64,000 bases of DNA. It comes from a virus. The stretch lies in IMG/VR virus record IMGVR_UViG_3300018079_000001, positions 37,822 through 101,821 of that record. One strand, 5' to 3'. Position numbers and translations under genes: made by a program. Under the pieces are notes generated by a model, which had not been told where the DNA came from, made no database searches, and saw only the letters and a program-made list of their open reading frames with translations. Positions 56,254 to 64,000 of the stretch are shown here, in pieces. Position 1 is the stretch's first letter. Each line of letters begins with the position of its first letter.

Positions 56254-56640
56254 ATGAGAAATCTGTTGCTCGCGCTACTGTCGGTGGTTTTTCTGGTCGG
56301 ATGTCAGAGCGATGCGGACATCGCGTCGTACAACACGTCCAAGGCTGCGGACATGTTCGAGGTTGAACGCCGCGTGATCTTCTACAACGGCATCACTGGC
56401 GAGTACATCCTCGTCATCGAGGGTCGGTGCTCGCTCGGCAACAACGACACGGCACTCCGTATGAGTGTCACGTGCAAGACCGGAGATGGTGCGTACAAGA
56501 AACATTTCCTCGGCCTGTCCGACAACGTGACGTTTTTCGTCGAGCAGGTGGAGTCGAAGAAGGTGGGCGCGTACCACTATCGGGTGATCTTCAAGCCACA
56601 GACCGTTATCCCGGACATCGACGTGCGGATTGAGAGATGA
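56254..56640 (+). CDS. lipoprotein (common phage beta-sandwich type)
   Basis: Lipobox LVGC; DA..ASYN.SKAAD.FE..RR..F.NGIT. Confidence 0.8.
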   Translation: MRNLLLALLSVVFLVGCQSDADIASYNTSKAADMFEVERRVIFYNGITGEYILVIEGRCSLGNNDTALRMSVTCKTGDGAYKKHFLGLSDNVTFFVEQVESKKVGAYHYRVIFKPQTVIPDIDVRIER

Positions 56641-57686
56641 TCAAGCGGTGGCGCGAGCGTGACGCATGGGCGCAGTGGCACTTTGGCCTGGTCGTATGGG
56701 CCAGTCCAGAGCGATCGTGGGGTATCCGTGCGTGGTTCGGTCCGTGGTCGTGGGTAGTGAAGCGGGTGCCCCGTGGTCGGTAAGACAGGCAAGGCACGAC
56801 TCGAAGCCGCGATGAAACGGGTGTTCTCGGCTGTGCTCGACTACGACGGCGTTCGACCCGAGTTCGTCACGCTGCGGCAGGACGACATGGAGGCCCTGTT
56901 GATTGTGTTCAAAGAGAAGGCGATGGTCCTGGTCACTGCGCCCGATATGCACCCGGAGCAGCGGTGATGTCGGCGCCAGTGAACACGCCGAAGACGGGGC
57001 AGATAGTCTACAAGAACTACACGCCCGCTGTCGTGGGCACGATCATCGCGGTGCTGAGCGAAGGTGATGACGATGCCCGTTGGCCCCGCGTCCAGGTGAA
57101 GTGGGACAACAAGAAGCGCGGGACGACCGAGGAGACGACGCTCGGCCTGGCAGACTACGAAAGCCTGGTCGAGGAGCACGAGCGCAAGGCGAAGAATCAT
57201 CGAGCGACCCTGGCCCGGATTCAGCGTGAGCGGGTGCGTGAGGTACTGGCGACAACGGATGGCCTGAGCCGGTTGGTTCAGGAGAAAATGGGGAGGGCAT
57301 AATGCCAATGTATAGCATCGAGTTTGGGTTCGATGATGACATTTCGTTTGCCAAGGAGATCGTTGCTGACTCCTTCGAGGATGCGCTGAAGAAGGCGCGT
57401 GACATGTCCACCAGGAAGTTGCTGGCGAAGGACGTGGAGTGGTTCGACGGGCACGCGATTGTCAAGGGGGTGCACCTGCGATGATCACGTACAGAATCGT
57501 GTCTGGCGACATGGACGAGAAAGTGAAGGCAGAGAGTTACGAGGAGGCATTCGCCAAGGCACTCGACGCTGCTGAACGTAAAGGCAAGGCGAAGAATCTC
57601 GGGTTGCTGTTCGAGATAATCGTCAAGGGCGAGCCAACACGATACGCGGACACAAGCAAGCAACTGAAACAAATGGGGAGGATGGA

Positions 57687-58340
57687 ATGATCTACACATT
57701 CAGCCGTGAGATGGTCGAGTTCGGGTTGGACCTGACTGAGCCGTACGCTCTGATCAGCATTTCGACTCCAGCCGTGTACGGGCCAAAGGGAAATGCACAA
57801 GGCTTCAACATGGACGATCATGCTGCCGCCCTGCCAGCAGACGAGTTCCGTCTGGACATTCTGCGGCTGGCGTTTTGGGACGTGGATGAAAGCGATCTCA
57901 GGAGCCTGGGGAGCGACAAGTGGCAGGCACAGGTGCGGCTGTACTCGCCCGAGGATGCGCGCAGGGTTGCGGCGTTTGTGCGGGCCTGGGCGGTCAACCT
58001 GGTCATTCACTGTGATGCCGGTATCAGCCGCTCGCAGGGTATGGCGGCTGCGATCAGTGATCATCTGGACGTGCCTGTGAAGCACTCGACGCCGGGTATG
58101 CCCAACCGTCACGTGTACCGCATAACCTGGGAAGCCCTGCGACCGCGTGTGCTGTCATCGAAGCTGGCTCCGAATTCGCCCGCGCTCGTGCCGTTCAAGT
58201 ACGAAGACGCACCTGTCATCCCGCAGACGCGTCCGCTGAGAGAGTCAACTCGCCGAGACCCGTACAAGATCAGATTCACGAAGGACGGCGCGGTCGAGAG
58301 GTACGAGCGACAAGACAAGGGGGTAAAGGTGGTAAAATAA
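57687..58340 (+). CDS. protein-tyrosine/dual-specificity phosphatase-like protein
   Basis: IHCDAGISRS catalytic loop, ISI, F.D and PN..VY. Confidence 0.8.
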   Translation: MIYTFSREMVEFGLDLTEPYALISISTPAVYGPKGNAQGFNMDDHAAALPADEFRLDILRLAFWDVDESDLRSLGSDKWQAQVRLYSPEDARRVAAFVRAWAVNLVIHCDAGISRSQGMAAAISDHLDVPVKHSTPGMPNRHVYRITWEALRPRVLSSKLAPNSPALVPFKYEDAPVIPQTRPLRESTRRDPYKIRFTKDGAVERYERQDKGVKVVK

Positions 58341-58342
58341 AA
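58329..58342 (+). promoter_or_regulatory. GTGGTAAAATAAAA copy 3 (before terL)
   Basis: Exact repeat ending 5 nt before the terL ATG. Confidence 0.6.
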
Positions 58343-58347
58343 GAGAC

Positions 58348-59898
58348 ATGCGGCTGATCAATCAGCTTGACCCGATTCAATCTGTCGAGGAGAGCCCGGA
58401 CGAAATCCTCACGCTCGGGTGTCAGAACGATCTTGAGACGTTTGTCGAATTCGCCTGGCCTACCGTCGTTCGTGCCGCGAAGTTTCAGAACAACTGGCAT
58501 ATCGGGGCAATCTGCGAACACTTGACCGCGCTCTACAAGTTGGATTTCAAGAACCTCCTGATCAACGTCCCGCCCCGGTTCGGCAAGTCGGTCATCTCGT
58601 CGGTGATGTTCCCTGCGTGGCTGTGGCTTCAGGACCCGAAGCTGCGCATGCTCTACTCGTCCTACTCACAACCGCTCGCGACGCGTGACTCGCTGTACAC
58701 GCGGCAATTGATTCAGAGTCCGTGGTATCAGGGGCAGTGGGCAGATCGCTTTACGATTGCCGGCGATCAGAACGAGAAAATGCGCTTCGAGAACACCGAC
58801 AAGGGCTATCGGCTCGCCACGTCGGTTGCGGGTGCCAACACTGGAGAGGGTGGCGACCTGATCGTCTGCGACGACCCACACAACGTGGCCGAGGCTGAGT
58901 CAGACCTGAAACGGGAAGAGGCCGTACGGTGGTGGAACGAAGTCATGAGCACCCGAGGCAACGACCCACGCACCGCTCGACGCGTGGTCATCGCGCAGCG
59001 CGCCCACTTCGCCGATCTGTCACAGGACATCCTGGACAAGGGCGAGTACGTGCACTTGAATCTGGCGATGGAGTTCGAGAAGGGTGCAAAGCTAATCAGC
59101 GTCCCCTCGGGGGTGCAATGGCTGCCAACCGAGGTAGACGAACGCGTAGAAGACGGCGAGTTACTGTGGCCGGCGCGCTACGATACTGCGTGGGTTGCAG
59201 CGCAGAAGATCGCGATGGGCAGCTACGCCTACGCTGCGCAGTTCCAACAGCGTCCGACCCCGCGTACGGGCGGCATGTTCAGCCGCGACAAGATCGTCAT
59301 TGATACCCTGCCCCTGGAGCTACGCCTGGAAAAGGGATGGGACGACGCGGTGTGGTCCTGGGATATGTCGTTCAAAGACTTGGCGGACTCAGACTATGTG
59401 GTCGGTCAGTGCTGGATTCGAAAAGGCGGCATGTTCTACCTGATCCACCAGACACGAGCGCGTATGGCGTTCTCAGCCACGAAGGCGGCTGTGCGCACGA
59501 CCCGAGCGAAGTTCACGAGGATCACCCGTATCCTCGTCGAGGACAAGGCGAACGGCACCGCCGTGATTGATGACCTGCGTACGACCATCCCTGGCCTGAC
59601 CCCTGTCGAGCCGATGGGCGGCAAGGAAAGCCGAGCGTCCACGGTCGAGCCGCTGTGGGAGTCGGGCTGTATCGTCCTGCCGATGGGCGCCCCGTGGGTA
59701 GAGGACTTCATTCAGGAGTGCGCTGAGTTCCCTCGGGGAGCCTACGACGACCAGGTGGACGCTATGTCACAGGCCCTTGTGTGGCTCTTAAACCGATACA
59801 ACATGCCGGGCGGGGCGTCGGTCGGTAGCTTCACGAAAAGCACGCTCCCCTGGCAGCGAGGCCCACAACAGGGGTACAAGGACCCCCGAGGCGAGTGA
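58348..59898 (+). CDS. terL: terminase large subunit
   Basis: NWH, PPRFGKS Walker A, TGEGGD..VCDDPH, QQRP, SWD, VEDKANG and FP.G..DDQVDA. Confidence 0.95.
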   Translation: MRLINQLDPIQSVEESPDEILTLGCQNDLETFVEFAWPTVVRAAKFQNNWHIGAICEHLTALYKLDFKNLLINVPPRFGKSVISSVMFPAWLWLQDPKLRMLYSSYSQPLATRDSLYTRQLIQSPWYQGQWADRFTIAGDQNEKMRFENTDKGYRLATSVAGANTGEGGDLIVCDDPHNVAEAESDLKREEAVRWWNEVMSTRGNDPRTARRVVIAQRAHFADLSQDILDKGEYVHLNLAMEFEKGAKLISVPSGVQWLPTEVDERVEDGELLWPARYDTAWVAAQKIAMGSYAYAAQFQQRPTPRTGGMFSRDKIVIDTLPLELRLEKGWDDAVWSWDMSFKDLADSDYVVGQCWIRKGGMFYLIHQTRARMAFSATKAAVRTTRAKFTRITRILVEDKANGTAVIDDLRTTIPGLTPVEPMGGKESRASTVEPLWESGCIVLPMGAPWVEDFIQECAEFPRGAYDDQVDAMSQALVWLLNRYNMPGGASVGSFTKSTLPWQRGPQQGYKDPRGE

Positions 59899-59921
59899 TC
59901 GGCAGAATGTCACTGTTCTGT

Positions 59922-59938
59922 TGATCCTACTAAGTAGG
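59922..59938 (+). promoter_or_regulatory. 17-bp element copy 10
   Basis: Exact repeat. Confidence 0.8.
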
Positions 59939-59947
59939 GGGAGTCTT

Positions 59948-60439
59948 ATGGGTGTAAGCGACGGCGGTGAGGGGTGGGTGTTTCAGGCTCCTTGGGCGCC
60001 TTGGGATGCCGCGCAGCCGAAGCCAACCACGCGCCAGCCGATCGACCAGGACATGTGCAAGTGCGGACACGCATACCCCGAGCACAAAGCCAACGGGTGC
60101 AGCTTCCGCGAGACGGTGTTTGCGGACATTGCGCGGAACGGTCCTTCGGGGCCGCAGTGCGAGTGCAAGAAGTTCGAGTTCCGGTACGGGACGGACATGG
60201 CCCGTCTGGAAAAGGTGATGAAGGACATCATGGCCTTGACGTTGGCGAAGCAGGACGTGACGTTGCAGGACATCGAGAACATTTTGCGCCCGGTGCTTGT
60301 GGGAGAGCCGAAGCCGATTTACGTGGATCGACCCGTGCCAGCGCCGGCTGAGCCAGTGCAGAAGGTGGTCGATCGGTTGTTCTCGGTCAAGCCGACACTC
60401 GAAGGACGCGCATCGTTTAACCTGGACGAAGAGGTATGA
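59948..60439 (+). CDS. Cys/His zinc-binding protein, C-terminal DEEV tag
   Basis: CKCGH...H...C...C.C..F; ends EGRASFNLDEEV. Confidence 0.6.
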   Translation: MGVSDGGEGWVFQAPWAPWDAAQPKPTTRQPIDQDMCKCGHAYPEHKANGCSFRETVFADIARNGPSGPQCECKKFEFRYGTDMARLEKVMKDIMALTLAKQDVTLQDIENILRPVLVGEPKPIYVDRPVPAPAEPVQKVVDRLFSVKPTLEGRASFNLDEEV

Positions 60440-60563
60440 ACGACACGACGCGGCAGCATCCGAAGCACAGGGTCCTGGCCGAGGTTCAAGGCTGTAGCAA
60501 GTGCATGGAGCGGTTTTGGACTGCGATAGAGAAACTAAAGAGGCTGGACGCAAAGGACAAGCA

Positions 60564-60902
60564 ATGCTAACACTTCAGGTGTGGAACGTGAGTGATCTTG
60601 CCCCGGTGTCAGACTACCACTACGCGGTGTACATCGGACGCGAGCGCATCGCGACGGGCTCAGTCAACGGGCATCGACGCGATGATGGTTGGCCTGCACT
60701 CGTCAAGCAGATTGCCGAGGCGCACACCAAGGCGTGTCTGCCGAAGACACCTGCCGCTGAGTGGTTCGAGGCTTTCGTCAAGGCTGAGCCGCTCGCCTGC
60801 GGGCTTCTACGCGAGCGCGATGGTGCAATCTGCTGCAAGCCGAAGAGCATCTACCCGGACGGCACGCACCGGCACAAGTTCGTCAAGATCAGGCCGGCAT
60901 GA
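60564..60902 (+). CDS. hypothetical protein
   Basis: G.V.GHRR.DGW..LV pattern. Confidence 0.5.
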   Translation: MLTLQVWNVSDLAPVSDYHYAVYIGRERIATGSVNGHRRDDGWPALVKQIAEAHTKACLPKTPAAEWFEAFVKAEPLACGLLRERDGAICCKPKSIYPDGTHRHKFVKIRPA

Positions 60903-61859
60903 GTACCTCACGCTGTCCGTGCAGAGAGACAGGGTGCACTCGGATTGTGAAGTTGTATCTCGAAGGTAGGCTGACTGACGATCAAGCAATCAATCTGCAT
61001 CGTTTACCAGTGACCTTGCGAGAGATGATCACACCGGATGACGGCATGCGGGTACGCAACGTAGTGTTTGATGAAGACTTGGAGAAACAAGTCAAGGAAT
61101 ACGAGCAGGCGTTGCGCGAGCGCGTCGAGGAAGGCACGAAGTGATATTATATCATGATCATCGGCCGGGTGCCCGCGTGGCTCTGTCGGTGGCTTCATCG
61201 AAGGCACCGTGTCATGGAGCCGTTCGACGAATTTGGTGCAATGTGGTGCGAGCACTGTCGGGTGAGACGATGGCCGCGATCTGTGTCAACATCTTCGTCC
61301 TCTTGCTCGTCCTGCTACACACGATGCGCGCATTGCAACAAGCCACGTGCGTGATAGGAGGGGCGGACCTATTTCAATGTCTGAGATGAAACCGTTCTCC
61401 GTGTCCGTGACCATGCGACCCGAGTCACCGCTGAAGCAGATCATCCTGCACGGTGCGGTGATGGAAACAGGCTTTGCTGCGCAGGGGCTCATGTACTGGA
61501 TCAGGACGGACGAGGGAAAGACGTACCGTTACCCGGTGGATCAAATCACGAGCATCATAGAGGATCGTTCGTGATGCCAAACGACCCAAACGACACCACG
61601 AGCGTGTTCATTCCACGGACGCCGTCCATTCCAGACTCGCCAGACTTGTCACGGACGCACTGCTATGGTTGTGACCCCGCGCCGGACCCGAAGCTGATTC
61701 TACGCCCGTTCCCGTGCATACTGCATAGCAAGAAAGTGGAGGGCACGGACGACGAGGCAGCTACGACAAGTGACGGGATACCGTCTGGCTCTGGAGCAGC
61801 AGACGGAAACGAATCCAACCGAGCAGCGTGTGAGATCGTTCACAGGGAGAGGAAAGCAC

Positions 61860-62561
61860 ATGACGACGAATAAGGACTACACTGAGCACACCTGTTACTT
61901 CAACACGGCGGGGTACTGCCCGACATGTGGGACACGTGTTGCCATTCCGCAACCGAGTACAACCGCGCCGGAGCCTGTGTTGATTCTCACACCATTCACC
62001 CTGCCAGTGCCGCCCGTCGTTGTGATTGATTTCCTGCCTGAGCCACCGAAGGCTGGTAAGGACCCGATCGAAGTAGTTCGCGAGTACCACATGGGCGAGA
62101 AGGGCCGCGACAAGATCAACGGCGGCTCGCCTGTGGGACCGGGCTTTGTAGTGTTCGAGCGCGCGGCTGGTGAGTACGGCTACGATGTGAAGATGGCGAA
62201 GGCATCTATTGGGCCAGGCTGGCAGCATCTCGTGCAAGCACTCTTCGACCACGTCGAGCACGACAAGAAGTGGAATCCAAAGTCGGGCTTTGCGCACCTG
62301 GTCGTCACTCAGGTGAAAGAGAAGTTCGGCGACCTACGCATCTACTTCCACACGAAAGGTGCAGGGCAAGGCGGGTACGACCGTGTCGAGGGCTTCGTGG
62401 ACGCGCTCTGTGCCATCTCGCGGCGGACGTGCGAAGCGTGCGGGGCTCGGGGTCGGACTCGCAACGACCGAGGATGGATACTGACGCTCTGTGACGTGTG
62501 CGACGGCAAGGACCGGAACGAGCTACGCACCCTCTTCGAGACGGAGCAGACCGCGTGCTAG
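61860..62561 (+). CDS. hypothetical protein with QVKEKFG.LR.Y and Zn-ribbon motif
   Basis: GPGW..L...QVKEKFGDLRIY...S..TCE.CG..G......GWI.TLC..C, a recurrent phage family. Confidence 0.65.
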   Translation: MTTNKDYTEHTCYFNTAGYCPTCGTRVAIPQPSTTAPEPVLILTPFTLPVPPVVVIDFLPEPPKAGKDPIEVVREYHMGEKGRDKINGGSPVGPGFVVFERAAGEYGYDVKMAKASIGPGWQHLVQALFDHVEHDKKWNPKSGFAHLVVTQVKEKFGDLRIYFHTKGAGQGGYDRVEGFVDALCAISRRTCEACGARGRTRNDRGWILTLCDVCDGKDRNELRTLFETEQTAC

Positions 62562-62690
62562 CCTGGTGGTGGGATTGCATCGACTACTGGTTTTACTCCC
62601 TCGGGCTCAAGCTGCGCGGCCGGTGGTGCTATGACTGCGAGGCTCCCGTTTTCTGCTGCGCGTGTTCGAAGGGGAATTAGTGCATTTCGT

Positions 62691-62707
62691 TGATCCTACT
62701 AAGTAGG
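62691..62707 (+). promoter_or_regulatory. 17-bp element copy 11
   Basis: Exact repeat fused to an RBS (ATG 62719). Confidence 0.8.
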
Positions 62708-63191
62708 GAGGGTGACAAATGGACACTTTGATACTGGTAATCGACAAGTCGTTGGCGTACCTGACGAAACCACGGCTACGTCCCGAGTGCATGATCGAAA
62801 GCCCCGATAAGTTCGAACGCGAGGCCGAGTTACGGGAGCAGCGGGAGCTGGTCAAAATCGTGACGCCGAGCGAGTCGGACTCGTCGTACTAACATGGACC
62901 CACACGACGGCAGCATGGCCGAGATTCCGGAATTGTACGCGGTGGCGGACCCGGATACGAACGTGACACAGCCAACCCGCGCCGAGCGCGAAGCAGCGTA
63001 CAACCCTGGCCCGCCGAGCACGAGCCGCAAGGCACGCCGCAAGATCGGCGCTAGGGACGCTCGACCGATGGTCAACAAGACGATCAAGCCGAGCAAGCGG
63101 AAGTCTCGGCGCAAGGCTGACAACAAGCGACGCCGGGCAATCGGTGCACGTGGAGCGAAGACGAACAGCATTCGCTCAGGGAGGAACTGAC

Positions 63192-63503
63192 ATGACAATC
63201 GAGAAAGACACAGCACTAGGCGGCGGACTGTACGCGATCATGGTCGAGCAGGCGGCGCAACTGATCGAGCCCGACGACACGATCCACGACAACCCCGAGT
63301 ACATCCGAGGCATGTGTGAGTTGATCGCGTCGGCGTTCCCGCGTCGCGGCATGTACACGGCCGAGACAGCGAAGATGGTCGCAGGCGACATGGGCATCAA
63401 GCAGGACATCTACGTGGCGTGCGACAAGTGGCGCGAAGACAACGTGCTAGACGAAGTCGAGCCCCGAGATGACTTGGCCTACGGGCCGGATGGTGGGCTG
63501 TGA
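63192..63503 (+). CDS. hypothetical protein
   Basis: GGGAGG RBS; NPEY.RG.CELI. Confidence 0.55.
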   Translation: MTIEKDTALGGGLYAIMVEQAAQLIEPDDTIHDNPEYIRGMCELIASAFPRRGMYTAETAKMVAGDMGIKQDIYVACDKWREDNVLDEVEPRDDLAYGPDGGL

Positions 63504-64000
63504 TGCGCTGGAGTGTGTTCCTGTGCGCGCTCTTGATGCTCGCGGTTTCTCCAGTGTTCGCAGCCTGTCCGATCTCGTGCGTAGCGTCGTGGAGTGAGCC
63601 GACGACCAACACAGACGGCTCGCCTCTGACTGACCTGGCAGGCTACCGTGTGTATGTGGATGGCATCGTGACGGTGGACACCCCTGCTCCGAGCGCGGCT
63701 CCGATCCCTGGGTCTAGGATCGACGCTATCCTGCCGTCGCTGGCAGTGGGTACTCATGGTGTTGATGTGACTGCGTACGATCTGACTTTTAACGAGTCAG
63801 TGCACAGTATGTCGGTGCTCGTTACCGTGGCCCCACCGTCATCGGACGTTACCGCTCCAACGGTGCAGATCGGTACAATCACGCCGAATCGCTCGAAGCG
63901 AACGGTTGTGGTATCGGCGACTGACGAAACGGCTCTGGCCCGAGTCGAGATTACTGTCAACGGAACCACGACAGTGTATCTCATGAACAGCATGACATGG
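63503..64000 (+). CDS. secreted Fn3/Ig-like domain protein (partial, runs off window)
   Basis: Signal peptide MRWSVFLCALLMLAVSPVFA; W..PTTNTDGSPLTDLAGYRVY...VTAYD...NES, then D.TAPTV.I. Confidence 0.7.
   Translation, partial: MRWSVFLCALLMLAVSPVFAACPISCVASWSEPTTNTDGSPLTDLAGYRVYVDGIVTVDTPAPSAAPIPGSRIDAILPSLAVGTHGVDVTAYDLTFNESVHSMSVLVTVAPPSSDVTAPTVQIGTITPNRSKRTVVVSATDETALARVEITVNGTTTVYLMNSMTW

Noticed and set aside
32003-59947. ORF-track starts reading MILLSR... (32003, 59921) and extensions of rtcB and 55125
   Set aside because: Artefacts of the TTG inside the 17-bp element or of upstream open frames; true starts follow the downstream RBS
20228-60439. EEV endings as a mere by-product of an overlapping Shine-Dalgarno (GAGGAGGT)
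   Set aside because: Not sufficient: several tagged genes (20272, 21568, 23864, 53144) have no coupled downstream start, the spacing to ATG is too short in others, and the upstream Arg-Ala/hydrophobic positions are conserved. It may contribute in some cases
11277-62707. 17-bp repeats as a CRISPR array
   Set aside because: Copies are kilobases apart with whole genes between them, and no cas genes are present
364-63993. Minus-strand ORFs in the track (e.g. 46706-47878, 32701-33771, 50550-51572)
   Set aside because: Antisense shadows of GC-rich + strand genes, with no recognisable motifs or RBS
1-64000. Genome-wide TGA reassignment (code 4/25)
   Set aside because: Many well-defined genes (dnaB, pol, rtcB, terL) end at TGA, often with ATGA coupling; only two internal TGAs were noticed

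Overview
A GC-rich segment of a large tailed dsDNA bacteriophage genome, with essentially all genes on the + strand. From left to right it holds: tail/virion genes and an L,D-transpeptidase-like gene (1-11.3 kb); a replication block with an SF2 helicase, an iteron-containing initiator-like gene, DnaB and primase (11.3-16.1 kb); a sigma70-driven early region with an AAA+ ATPase module and 2 tRNAs (16.1-25.5 kb); and a sigma-like gene, an SLT-RodZ fusion, a split family-A DNA polymerase, UvsY/SSB/RecA, a DruA-like gene, SbcCD and a resolvase (25.6-40.5 kb). Further right are nucleotide-metabolism genes, RtcB and an Rnl2-type RNA ligase (40.5-46.4 kb), then many small ORFs, TerS, a tRNA/structured-RNA cluster and TerL (46-64 kb). 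Four signals stand out. (1) Twelve unrelated proteins end in the same C-terminal tag, about R-A-x-hydrophobic-x-hydrophobic-D-E-E-V-COOH. (2) One of the twelve gains the tag only if an in-frame UGA in a GHG-UGA-QCG (UxC-like) context is read through; a second UGA-split zinc-ribbon gene also exists. (3) Eleven co-oriented copies of the 17-bp element TGATCCTACTAAGTAGG sit at gene boundaries. (4) Long structured non-coding regions are interleaved with atypical tRNAs. Functional calls come from motif recognition by eye; no searches were run.
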